A stretch of 64,000 nt of DNA from the human T2T-CHM13v2.0 reference genome, Homo sapiens: NCBI RefSeq assembly GCF_009914755.1, contig NC_060927.1; one strand, written 5' to 3'. Position 1 is the stretch's first letter; every line of letters begins with the position of its first letter. The translations under genes and the position numbers were made by a program. Positions 27,267 to 39,709 of the stretch are shown piece by piece. The notes under the pieces are model-generated. The model saw nothing but the letters and a program-made list of their open reading frames with translations. It did not search any database and was not told the origin of the DNA.

Positions 27267-28667
27267 TGAGAGGTGACAGCGTGCTGGCAGCCCTCTACAG
27301 CCCTTGCTCGCTCTCGGAGCCTCCTCGGCCTCCCGGCGTCCACTCTGGCCGCGCTTGAGGAGCCCTTCAGCCCGCCGCTGCACTGTGGGAGGCCTTCTCT
27401 GGGCTGGCCGAGGCCGGAGCCGGCTCCCTCGGCTTGCGGGGAGGTGTGGAGGGAGAGGCACTGCCTGGAACTGGGGCTGCGCGCGGCACTTGCAGGCCAG
27501 CTAGAGTTCCCGGTGGGCGTGGGCTTGGCGGGCTCTGCACTCGGAGCGACAGGCCGGCCCTGCCTGCCAGGCCAGCAGCTGCGGAGGGTGCGCTGGGGCC
27601 CCCAGCAGTGCTGGCCCACTGGCGCTGCACTCGATTTCTCACCCAGCTTTAGCTGCCTCCACGAGGGGCAGGGCTCGGGACCTGCAGCCCGCCATACCTG
27701 AGTCCACCCCTGCGACATCCCGCCCTGGGCTCCTGCGTAGCCTGAGCCTCCCAGACGAGCACTGCCCCCTGCTCCATGGCGCCCAGTCCCATCAACCGCC
27801 CAAGGGCTGAGGAGTGCGGGTGCACGGTGCAGGACTGGCAGGCAGCTCCACCTGCCACCCTGTTGGGACATCCACTGGGTGAAGCCAGATGAGCTCCTGA
27901 ATCTAATGGGGACTTGGAAAACCTTTATGTCTAGCTAAGGGATTGTAAACACACCAATCAGCACCCTGTGTCTAGCTCAGGGTTTGTGAATGCATCAATT
28001 GGCACTCTGTTATCTAACTAATCTGGTGGGGACTTGGAGAATCTTTATGTCTAGCTAAGGGATTGTGAATGCACCAATCGGCACTTCGTATCTAGCTCAG
28101 GGATTTTTTTAAATGCACCAATCAGCACCCTGTCAAAACGGACCAATCAGCTCTCTGTAAAACAGACCAATCAGCTCTCTGTAAAATGGACCAATCAGCA
28201 GGATGTGGGTGGGGCCAGATAAGAGAATAAAAGCTGGCTGCCTGAGCCAGCAGTGGCAACCTGCTGAGTTTACATTCTGCAGTGGGGTTGCTTTGTTCTT
28301 TTGCTCTTTGCAATAATTCTTGCTACTGCTCACTCTTTGGGTTCGTACTGTCTTTATGAGCTGTAACACTCACTGAGAAGGTCTGCAGCTTCACTCGTGA
28401 AGCCAGTGAGACCATGAACCCACCGGGAGGAACGAACAGCTCCAGACGCGCTGCCTTAAGAGTTGTAACACTCACCGCGAAGGTCTGCAGCTTCACTCCG
28501 GAGCCAGCGAGACCATGAACCCACCAGAAGGAAGAAACTCGGAACACATCTGAACTTCAGAGGGAACAAACTCTGGACACGCCACCTTTAAGAACTGTAA
28601 CACTCACTGCGAGGGTCTGTGGCTTCATTCTTGGAGTCAGACCAAGAACCCACCAATTCCGGACATG
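27267..28667 (+). mobile_element. Solo LTR12C (HERV9 LTR), CpG-rich
   Basis: Starts TGAGAGGTGACAGCGTGCTGGCAG; CCAAT-containing U3 repeats; three U5 'ctgtaacactcac' repeats; ends ccaattccggacatg; 4-bp TSD ctat at 27263-27266 and 28668-28671. Confidence 0.96.
27940..28260 (+). promoter_or_regulatory. LTR12C core promoter: NF-Y CCAAT array, GATA, TATA-like AATAAAAG
   Basis: Six CCAAT boxes between ~27950 and 28200, GATAAG at 28218, AATAAAAG at 28226; matches the known ERV9 LTR promoter layout. Activity is not shown by sequence. Confidence 0.65.
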
Positions 28668-28749
28668 CTATCTGCGTCTGTATTTCTAGAATATGAATAA
28701 AGCCAACACATAGTAAATACTCACATGGATGGGTGCATTTCTCTAAGAT

Positions 28750-28940
28750 AATAATTACTCAAAATTTGCCATGTATCATACTAAATACTTTATACAGATT
28801 ATCTCCTTTAATTCTGATGAGATCCCTGTGAGCTTTTTACAGATGAGAAAACCGAAGTAACTTGTTCAAGGATTTACAGTTACTAAATTTTCCAGCCAAA
28901 GTCAGGATGTTAGATTCCAAGCCCAGACTGCTGGCCATGA
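28750..28940 (-). mobile_element. MIR
   Basis: 'ttttacagatgagaaaaccgaagtaacttgttcaagg'. Confidence 0.65.
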
Positions 28941-28989
28941 CTGTAACCATGCCTCTTCCCTTTGGGGCTTGTGTATTGTCCCTTTGAAG

Positions 28990-29390
28990 ATGGTCTACCC
29001 TGCCCTGAAGTTAGTGCCTCCTCTGTTACTCCAATAATTACGTCCTGTGCATTTCCTTCAGAGCATTTATCCTAATTTGTAATTACATATTCATTCACAT
29101 ACGTATTTTGCTTGTTTCCCCAACAAATTGCGATCCCCTAAATGGTAGGGTTAACCCGTTTTATTTGCTAATCTATACCTAGCACCTCATAAGCTGTTTG
29201 GTGCATGGTAAGTGCTTGAGAAACATGTGAAAATGAGAGGAAGAATCAATGCAGAAATAAGTACATGAAGGTCAAAGAAACTATTTGTTTCTTAACAAGA
29301 ACTGTGACTATTCATCCTAGTTTCTCTGGCATCTGGCATAATGCTTGATAGAGTAGGAACTTAATACATGTTTGTTGAGTGAATTAATGT
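28990..29390 (+). mobile_element. L2 3' fragments
   Basis: 'tatacctagcacc...gtgcatggtaagtgcttg', 'ttaatacatgtttgttgagtgaatt'. Confidence 0.55.
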
Positions 29391-29798
29391 CTATAGATAA
29401 GTAGGTTATATGGAAATAGATTCTTATTCCTATATGTAAGCCATTATATGCTTTTTCTCATTAATCCCACAATTAACAAGCAAAGCATGAATTGTGATCA
29501 CAGAGTTCCCTTCTACTAGGGAAAGATGTTAAACAAAATTGGAAATCATTTTGAGCATTTTAGTTTCTCCCATACTTCCTGCCCCTACCTTCTAATTTTG
29601 TTTTTAAATCCACTTTCTTCCTTCCTAGTTAAGTTCATTTGTAAACTCTGCTAAAGCCATAATGCCTCTGTCTTTCTCTCCCTGATCTCCTTCATGGAGA
29701 CCTGTGGCCTCAAAGTAAGGTCTTACTCCCTTCCAAGACCTACAGAGTTAGGCAAGTGGGAGCAACAATGTCTTTTCACAAGCCCTCTCCTGGAACCC

Positions 29799-30368
29799 TA
29801 GGTTCTCAAACTTAGTATCTATCTGAGAGGTTGTAATACAGATTCCTGGGCTCCACCCTCAGAGTTTCTGGTTTAGTTGGCCTAGGGGGGTTGGGGGCTG
29901 AGAATCTGCATTTCTAACAAGTTCCCAGGTGATGTTAATATTGATGCTGCTGACCTGGGATTATATGTTGGGAACCAACAATATAGGGTGTAGATATAAG
30001 TCTAGAGTTCTCAAACCTAACCATATATTTGAATCACTTGAGAATTCAATGTCTGGGCTGCATTCCAGAACAACTAAATCAAATGTCTGGGTATCGATCT
30101 ATTTTCAAGTTTCTCAGGTGTTCTAATGTATAGCCCAAGTTCGAGAATCACTGTAGTTCAGCGCTTCTCCAACTTAATGTTCATGCTATTGACTAAGAAA
30201 TGTGGTGGGCCCCTTGCTCATAAAATGTGGTCAGCAGAGCGGCAGCTTGGAGATCTCCTGGGGCTTATTAGAAATGTAGTGCTCTGGCCCCACATCATAT
30301 TCTCGCTTTTGAATTTATATTTTAACAATACCCTGTGATAATTCTCAAGCATACTAGAATTTAAGAAG
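29799..30368. mobile_element. Cluster of three MER5 (hAT-Charlie) MITEs: ~29799-29978, ~30002-30153, ~30211-30368
   Basis: 'ggttctcaaactt', 'ctgagaatctgcatttctaacaagttcccaggtgatg', 'gttcgagaatcactg', 'cttattagaaatgtag'. Confidence 0.75.
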
Positions 30369-31745
30369 AATCAGAGACCATGAAAGATATAAAATCTATT
30401 AGAAAAGAATAAACAGAATCCCAGATTCACCACTTAGGGTCAGGTAGAAAGTAGTCCTTCAGGGTCTCTGAACTCTGATTTGGTGGTTCTCTTCTAGTCA
30501 TTCTGGGGCTTTTTAATCAACTGTCTGTGCATGCATATGCATCCATGTGTGACATGTGAGAGTAGACACAAATCACGTGCAAGGGCGTGCTTTCTCCAAG
30601 TCCTCTATTCTTGTTTACTGCTGTCCACATTTTACCCTGGATTTCACATCATATTATTCTCCTTTCTATTCACTCAAGGTCTTCAAACTTTCTGAACAAT
30701 AGAAAATTTGCAATCCCTTTGTGGCTATATCACAAAGTACTATAATTTCCATAATTTTAGAGGAACAGGCATCCCAGGGAATGAGGTAGTGGGTGGATGC
30801 ATCCATAGGGGAGGCAGATGTGCTAAGATGGGATGGGTATTCCTTCCTAATTCTACCAATAAGTGAAGCACAAGAACCACCAGTCTCTTTATGCGTTTAG
30901 AACAGATGGAGAAAATGTTTAAACTGCCTCTGATGAGTCAGAAATCCAAGTTCTATTCTGAGTTCTGTGGCTTTGGAAAGCTTATTTATCTCAGCTCCAA
31001 CTAGTCAAGTTGTGGAATAACTTTGCCTTTAAAAAAAGAGAAGTCATAGAAAGCAGCAGTGCCAACAGCCAAGTTCATATTTCCCCTCTTACTCTGAGGG
31101 ATAAAAATGGCTGCGCTGGCATCAGCCTTCAGCTTTAGAGAAGAAAGGATGAAGAATAGAAACTCTTAAATATTCCTCTCTGGATCAAAAAGGTATGAAA
31201 AGAAAAAAAGAGAGAGAGAACAGAGTCTGTGCAGCACAAAAAAGCACCCTTAGCTATGTCATTGAAAAGACAAGAGAGGAAGAAAATAATTGAAGATTAA
31301 TGGGGAAAATTATCCCTGGGTAGCTGAAGCACCAATGAAAGAATGATAATAATAATAACTAACATTTATGTTAAATTTTGCTCTTTGTTTTATTTGGTCT
31401 TGCAATCTTATGAAGAACCTACTATGTGATTATTTCCATTTTATAGGTAGAAAAACCAAAGGCATCAAAAGTCAGTGTCCTCAACAAAGTCACACAGACC
31501 ATAAGTGTCAGAACTAGAGGATAACCATATTGTAGCTTTAAATTCTCTAAGGTTTCTTGAAAATATTCTTCTATGGTTAAAAGATGGTAAATGGTTCCCA
31601 ACTGGCATTAGGCCTTTGATGATGTTCACTTGTAATCTTTCACTAGGGCAGCATTAATGATTTCCCCTAATCTAAGATAAATTCTATGAAGACTCACAGT
31701 GGGAGACAAAGGAGACAGGTCAGGTTACCAAATGATCTTCCAACT

Positions 31746-31882
31746 CAGTGTTTTCCAAACATCACTCAAAAATACAAATCACATGTATACCTGTTAAACA
31801 TTTTGTTTTACTGGGAATCTCTCCCAGTAAGATTCTGATTTAAAGCATCTTGGATGGGCCTGGGAACCATATTTTTAAGTAT
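31746..31882. mobile_element. MER5-type MITE interrupted by MLT1A
   Basis: 'cagtgttttccaaac...gattctgattt...ggatgggcctgggaacc'. Confidence 0.55.
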
Positions 31883-32254
31883 TGTCTTAGCTCAGGCTGC
31901 TATAATAAATTATCATAGACTGGGTGGTTTAAACAACAAACATTTATTTTTTGCAGTTCTAAAGGCTAGAAAATCCAAGATCAAGGTGCTGGCAGATCTA
32001 GTTGTCAGGCGAGGGCTCCCTTCCTGGTTTGCAGATGTACATCTTCTTACTATGTCTTCACAGGGCAAAGAGCAAAGAAAAAGGAAGCAAGCTTTCTCAT
32101 GTCTCTTCTTATAAGAGCACTAATCCCATCATGAAGTTTTCATCCTCATGAACTAATTACTTTCCAAAGGCCCCACCTTCTGATACCATCCCACTTGGGG
32201 GTTAGAGTTTCAACATATGAATTTTGGAAAGAAACAAACATGGAGTCCATAACA
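31883..32254 (-). mobile_element. MLT1A/MLT1A0 solo LTR
   Basis: 'tgtcttagctcaggctgctataataaattatcatagactgggtggtttaaacaac' ... 'agtccataaca'; 5-bp TSD agtat at 31878-31882 and 32255-32259. Confidence 0.9.
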
Positions 32255-33104
32255 AGTATGTACGCCCATGTTTTTCTTTTTATTAGAGAAGATTAGAAAG
32301 AATTGATCTTCTTAACGCATAAAGCTACAATTGTGATTAGAACAGTAATTAACTGAAAGTATATGTCATTTTAATATTTTTAATGCCTGCTTCTTTAATC
32401 CAGACATCCCTTCCACAGCTTTTTATCAATCCTATTTGTTATTTTTGTTTTAGTAAAATTACCTGGTAATTAATGGGATGTTTTGATATAATATGATCTG
32501 TGAGCTTGCTGGCTGTATGTCTGAGCATTCTGCCCTGTGTTCACATATCACTTGCATACAAATATGTGAGCCTAAAGCTCTGATATTTTAGTTTAAATAA
32601 TCTGGCAACCCTCTCTAGCATTTAATGACCCTTGCTCTTAGGAAAAGAATTTCACATACATTCTAAATCTTTAACATGGCAATTTAGCTCATTTTGAGAG
32701 TATTGCTAGCTTTCTGTTATTGATGTTTACTGCCTCCGTCCTTTTTTAAATAGATGGGGTATAAATTCTAGTAGATAAATAACCAAAAAGCTAGGTTGGA
32801 AATACTGTATGGAAAACCAGATGGGCAAGGTAGGGGAATCCCTGCTGTTGATCACTGTGTTCACTGATGAGGATTTATGGAGTTTGGATGGAATTGATTC
32901 AATGTATAGGCATTGAGTGAGAACAGATGCAAGTTAAATTACAGCATGTGTGGATCATAGGAGTTGTCAGAGGAGGAAGTGGTGATAACATAACAATTTA
33001 GACATAAAGAAGCTAGAGGCTAAATAAGTAATGGTAATATAATTTAGTTTGGTTAGCCTTAGCAAGAAAAACTAACAGGAATAAAATACAAAGCAATAAT
33101 GATA

Positions 33105-33430
33105 ACAAAAATACTAATAGCCAATATTATTCAGCATTTAACTATGTGCCACAAATTATTCTAAGCACTTCATATAAAATACCTCAATTAACCTTGAAAT
33201 AGGTACTATTGCTATCCCTGTTTTACAAATAAAGTATTCAGCAGGAAAACCATCAGATCCTAGGCTCTTCTATCTTACAGATAAAGAAACTGAGGCAGAG
33301 AGAGTTTAATAAATTTCACAAAGGTTAAGCAGCTTATAAGTACCTGAGGTAATTGTGTTGATATGCAAATAATATGTGATTTGAAATTCTACCTCAAGGT
33401 AGGTAACTGAGCTGCATACTTTATGCCAAA
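33105..33430 (-). mobile_element. Two MIR fragments
   Basis: 'aataggtactattgctatccctgttttacaaat' and 'ttacagataaagaaactgaggcagagagagttta'. Confidence 0.7.
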
Positions 33431-36400
33431 TCTCAGGTTCCCCAGCGTGGATGCCTACCATTGCCTTAGAGGGTCTTCTCTTATTGAAATCTGCAATTAC
33501 CACCATGATAACTAACTCCTGGCTCCCCAGTGAGGCCTCTTCTGATATCTTCAGCCTACCACCCCAAAAGGGAATTCAGCCCATTGAAGAATAGAATGGG
33601 AATAATGGGAATTGTTAAGTCATACAAACAAATCCAAAATGATGTACTATGATGGAAAATTTCTACCAAATTGATAAAACATACACAACCAGTCTTTACA
33701 ATTCAGAACCAAACAACTCCGTGTCCTTCATAAATTAGAGTGATTAAATCTAATCAAAGGTAATGACTACATGATCCCAGGCATAGCTCATCTACAGTTT
33801 TTGAATGTGTGAAGTCTTGCTGAGGAAGGGTCTAGAGCCCTTTAGGGATTACTGTCCATGTCCTAGATGCTGCTTGAAAATTAAAGCAGACCTGTTCAAA
33901 GTCAGTACATCCATGGAGAACATTCAGATCTTGTCTAACACAGGTACTAAGCAGCTACAATTTGAAGAGCCTTTTTGCTTTTCTGTTCACTTCCTCCATC
34001 TAGTTTGAAAAGAACTCAAGAATTTTGGTTACATGAAGTACCCTCTTTACTTCTACAAAATCTCCCTTACAGCCAAAAAGAAATCCCCCATGGAAACAGT
34101 TGTAATGGGGTTTGAGCTATGATAAGATATGCACATTTATGTGGAGAAGTAAAGATTGATTGACTCTTTTACTCTATGAAGAGAACAGGGTTATTTATCG
34201 ATTGGATGTTTTATAGCATCTTTCCTCTGAAAGGTTCAACTTACGCACAGTTGGGGAAAAGTTTGTCCAAGGGATATAATTTATGAGAGGGGAGGGAAGC
34301 AGGTGAGGGAAATAGTGAAAAATCATTAGGAAATATGTAACTCCCTGAAAGACCAGGTATGGGAAAATGCACATGTCAGAGAATATGTTATCAATGAGCT
34401 TGGAGAAAAATCTGAACCCTAGTTTATCGTGAAATGAATAAAGGTCAAGATGCATGCACACATATGCACACACACACAAATGGGATTTTAGAAATCATTA
34501 ACTGAAAATATTTGTAATTAAAGTAATAAACACACATGGAATCTGTGACCACCAAGCAATGCTGCCAATGACCAGGGCCCAGATTTCCAGAGCTCAGTAA
34601 CTTCAGATTCCTATTTTCCCTTTCTCCCAGCACAGGGAGATCTATAGATGAGAGGGCCCCCAGCGGGTTTGATGCATCCCTATGTGCTTCTCCCAGACAT
34701 AGTGTTCTACCCCAAAGTTTTCTCCCATTCTGATCCTTCAGCTTTGAGAATAAAAGTTTAGGCAGTCTTTCCAGTCTATGTCTAATGTCCTCTCTGCCAC
34801 AGGGAGGAACGGGCAGAACATCAGTTATCTGTTTGAATGGGGAAGCGGGGGATAGGAAAAATATAGAGAGCAAGAAATAAAAATTAATAGGTCAAAATAT
34901 TATTCATTCACACATGTGCACCAGCACAATGTAAGGGACAGTGAAAGAGAAAATTGATGGATATATGTAACAAGCAAAGAGCTAAAGAGCTGATGAAGAA
35001 ACAACTAGCTTTAGTTGAGGGATTTTTTTTTTTTTTCAACAGTGCGCTAGAAGACAAATACCTTAAAATAGCCAAAAACTCTCAAGGGTTTATTAATCCT
35101 TATATGCAAACAGAGAATAAATCATCTGTGGCAAACATGCCACTAAATGGCTAGCAATATATTTAAAGCACTGTAATGTCTTTCCTCAATTAATTACTTG
35201 ACTACAACAATGCAAAATGATTCACTATTTTTTTGGCTTCGCTATCAATGTTAGGGAGAATACAGACTTAATTTGTCCCTTTAGTAATTATAGCCTCCAT
35301 CTTTCTCAGACAAAATAGGCAAAATAACACCCAATTACCAAGGTTACCAATAGGCTTAAATGAGAAAACACACGTGAATTTACTTTGTAAACTTTAACCA
35401 CTGCAAAATATGGTAGTTACTGCTATGTGATCCTTTACATCTCCTTAACATGCACCTATTAGCTACCAGCTCAAATTTTCACCCCCACCCTCTGCCACTG
35501 TAGACTTTTCTTACCCACCTGAAATTCATGTCTGTCCTGCCTACTATCATCAAGTGATTGGTTTTTCCTTGATGCACCTATCATTGCCATCGGTTCCCTA
35601 TGCCCATATGATAGCTTCATCTCTTTGCTGCTGATTGGCTGCTGTTACAGGTGATGGAGGCTGATGCAGATGGATTCCAGCAGTTCTCATGAGTATTTTA
35701 TGTGCTTCTGCTGATTTACAGCCAGTTCAGCATTCCTTTAAATGGCCATAAATTGGATTGATGTCATAAATCATATCCAGAGAAAGTGCCTGAGTACCAG
35801 CTCAGGCAGCTATGCTAATGTCTGTGAAAATAACAAAGAAACATCCTCATTCAGGCCTGACTCTACTGCATTAAAAGGCCAGATTGTAAGGAGCTGTCAG
35901 TTACTGAGAGGAGAAAAGGTAAAAGGGGGAGAAAGGTCTTTGTAGGGATTATTAATAACACAGCCAGGAAGAAAGTATAGGTGTGTGTCAGTGAGAATAA
36001 ACAGGGGGGAGAAGAGGGGCCATGGGAAGAGTGATAAAAGAGAGTGCTGTGTATGGAAAAGATAAATGCAAATGAAATATACTGTATGGCAATGGATTAT
36101 ATCAGTGGTTGATATATGGGATCGAGTATCAAATTGTTGAGCTGGCACCCATTAATGTGATATAGTGGACTTGATATGCTGGGCGACGGCAGCCCTGGTG
36201 CAGGGAAAATAAAGAACACACTGCAGTCTTTCAAAACAATGGTTCAAAGAAAAGACAGAAAATTATAGCATTACAAGTTTATGAAACTAAAATTGTGTGA
36301 GATAATTATGGCTTCTGATAGGGTTCATTATTCTTTATCTATTGGCTCTCCAATCTCATAATGAAGAAAAGGGATCTTAAGGGGAGACTATCTGTTTGTT

Positions 36401-37369
36401 CTACAGGGAGGATCAGGGTGGGAGAACTTTTCATTCCATCAAGGATAGCAAAAGTGACCCAGAAGTTTTCTCTGGTGAATGAGCTCCCCCTGGACATCTT
36501 AGCCGGGGAGGCTGGAATCCCCAGACTACCTCAATAGAACTGTTTTGAACCAGCAGTCATTTTTAGGATTTCTAGGAATTTAATTTACTCCCAGAAATTG
36601 CTAGTCTGGTTCATTTACTAATTCCTTCATCAGACCTTTATTGATAGCCTACTATGTGCCAAGCACAGTACTGGGGCTTCAGAAATTAATGCAAGGAAGT
36701 CTTTGAAACAGTTACCTATTTCTGGGTATCTATCCCTTGGCCTCTGCATTTGGCTAGTTTGTCACACAACATACTGTGGCTGGCCCATTTAAAGAAAGTC
36801 CCGGGACACAATACATAGACAGAGGCCTCCAAACCACTCCCAGTGATTTCAAGTCCACTGCTGGCTGTCCTTCTGCTGGCTCCTGAGTCCTGACTCTGTA
36901 CTCTAGCATGCAGCACCTGCTATGGGAACTGAGATTTTCATAATTGTTTGGACTTCACTTTTTGGCTTATTGAAGCTTAATTTCCCACTCTGATTTGGCT
37001 TTCCCCATGCATCTCCTATGGCTGAAGGCTAGTGGAGAAAAGTCTTCATTGAACACTCCCACATCCTCATTCTCCTCATCACCACCACCATGCACAAACT
37101 CAAAACCAGCATCCCATCAGCCACCCAGCCTCCCCCACCAGGAACTGAGTATTCAGACAATTTGTTCAATGCTTCCTTTTAATGGACCCTGAAACTATAC
37201 TACCTCTTTTTTCTTTCGTGCACATGTCTTCATCCTTGGTTTCCCCCTCATTTTGTGCATTCCACATGAGCAATCTTATCCACCCCTCTAAGGATCAAAT
37301 TGCTTCCCCAATGGCCTATCTCCCCAAGTTCTCCATTTCCTCTTTCTTGCTCTTGAACTCTAGTCCCAA

Positions 37370-37800
37370 GCATCAGGCTGAACCACCTAATGAACAGGCT
37401 CACCTCCATGTCCCAAAGGCATGTCAAGCTGAGCAGAGAAAAGCCAAGCCTACTCTTCCTAATGTGTCTTCAGCCTCTGTTTAGAGTATGTCCGTCTTTC
37501 TAGTCACTCCAATTAAAGCATCGGAGTCATCCCCCATTCCTCCTTTTCTATAACCGGTCTCACAAAGTCATTTAAAGAAGTTCTTCTAGTCCTACCTAAG
37601 GCATGTGTTTGAAATCTGCTCCTGACTCTATCTTCTGATAGCCACTGCCTGAGATCAAGCTCTTTCCACCATGGTACTTATCTCCCCACTTCTAATTTTT
37701 GTCCCATTCCAATCCATCCCGCTTACTGCTAACTGCATATCATTCAAAAACATATATCTCATGGTATCACTCTTTTGTAAAAATTCCATATTAATTGCAT
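37370..37800 (+). mobile_element. L2 fragment
   Basis: 'atgtcccaaaggcatgtcaagc', 'ggagtcatcc', 'ccactgcctgagatcaagc'. Confidence 0.6.
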
Positions 37801-38264
37801 TATTTAAAAGTGTAATAAATGCACATATAGTTGTTTACTTGCTTGAAAGTAAAGAAAGATCATATTACATAGCAGGCATTCTCTATGGCACAAACATACT
37901 TTCTAATCTCATCTCAAAACACACATCCTCACTACAATTTACATTGCTCTCAACAGTTTGAAATACTTGCCAATCCCTTAAAATACTTTAGGGTACTAAC
38001 CAGGTCAATGAAGGCAGCCCACAAAAGACACAGACTTTCCAGAGTGATTCCACAACAAATCTATTTTCCATTTCTGCAACCCCAGGCAGAGCCTCCACAA
38101 GATTCAGAAATTGACCTAGTCTCTCCAGAAGGAGACATATGACATGCTTTTGCCATGACCCTTGGGATTCTTTGGCCTGGAGCAACTTTTGAGTTATCAA
38201 TAGGGATAGATACTCTGTGCATCCCAGTTCAGACACTAATCAGATTGGAAAGTTACCCATTTCA

Positions 38265-38450
38265 ATAGTTCCCAAAAACAAGATTGTATAAGAATCACTG
38301 CAGAAATTCGAAAAATACAGATTCCTATATCATATAGAAAGTACAATTTAGAGCTCTGGAATGGGACCCAAGAATATGTATATATGTATTTCAAATAACC
38401 TCTCCCAGATAGCTCTGAGGCTCAGGCAAGTGTACAAATCAGTGGTTTGA
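38265..38450. mobile_element. MER5-type MITE
   Basis: 'agttcccaaa...taagaatcac...aaaatacagattcct...tggaatgggacccaagaat'. Confidence 0.55.
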
Positions 38451-39681
38451 ATTAGCTGAATAACAAAACCAGCTTAATTAACTGGCATTCACATTGAAGC
38501 AGAGGAATTCAAAACAATAACAAAAGTTGGCTGGGGGTGGGAGTGGTGGTGATGAGGGGATGAGGAAGAAAACTAAAGCCTCCAACATTCTTTTCAAATC
38601 CCAGAGATGATAGCATTTTATTTTGAGGCTGATAAATAAAAGATAGCCTCTCCCATCTGGCTTTACGATATGGAAACATTGTTAATGAGACATTTGTAAA
38701 AGTGCCCCAGAATCGTTAAAAGAGCGTGACTATGGTTCTTAAATTTTAAAATTCGAGCACCAGGTTGCTGTGTGTTCTGTCTTACACAAATGCTAGAGTC
38801 ACTAATGTAGGCACCTGGCATTTCCAGAGGATCGTATTTGCATTTCTCACAAATTAATGTTGTTTAAAACCATTGCAAATCTCACTTTATAGCTCACAGT
38901 TTTCCTGTTTTTAAATAATATCAGTTCTAACCATCTATCCAACCCTTGTGCTTATTCTAGCGTGGCGGTTGATTAACCTGGCAGCAGAGCCACCATCATG
39001 GTGGCTCAATGGCAGCCGAAGCACTGCTGAGTGTCCAGGCTGTCAGGAGTGGTTGCAGAAGCAGCTCTGCTGAGGAGCCCCCTATCACCACCATGGACTC
39101 ATATGTCACATTCTTTTACCTGGTTAACTTGGTAAGCACCCAATCTTGAGTGGCATTACTTTGGATGCCACTGAGAACTCCCCAGATACAGTCATTTTTC
39201 AGCATGCATAAGTAGACTTTTCTGTAATTGAGTTAACATTTGTTAATCTGCATTTTAAATGGCTTTCCTTCTTTCATCAAGACCTTTCTGGACTTATGTT
39301 TCTTTATTGGCAAAAAAATAATAGTAACCCCTTTACTTCTGCCTCTTGTTAGTGAAGGCCAGAGACACAAATAACGTGTATCTGTGAGTGAATGAGCTAG
39401 TGAGTTACTGAATCCTGCTGAGAGGTGGCTGATGTCGCCTTGGGGTGAGGAGAATAGTGAGCTCTGTAAGACATATGACAGCAATTCGAGCAACTGGAGG
39501 AAGAGTAAAGCAAGAAGAAGCCTGTGGGTGCATGGCACATGGCCACACAGAAGCTGGTAAAAGGACAAAACCTTCAACATCAATGGCAGAAAGAATGACA
39601 GCAGGAGCAGAGATTATGAAGCCCGGAATTTTTCTTTCTTCTAAGTTCAGAATCACCATCAGTGTCAGTAAGTGGGGACTG

Positions 39682-39709
39682 AAAAAAAAAAAAAAAAAAA
39701 AAAAAAAAA
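39682..39709. repeat. poly(A)28 tract
   Basis: Direct count; no upstream SINE/LINE body recognised. Confidence 0.9.

Noticed and set aside
27263-27871. Longest ORFs (202 aa, 142 aa) in the GC-rich block
   Set aside because: They lie within LTR12C; overlapping ORFs on both strands reflect stop-poor GC-rich sequence.
27900-28620. Regularly spaced repeats resembling a CRISPR array or minisatellite
   Set aside because: They are the normal U3 and U5 internal repeats of LTR12C, in a eukaryotic context.
34445-34873. 142-aa ORF on the - strand
   Set aside because: No recognisable homology; ends in a (TG)n-derived stretch.
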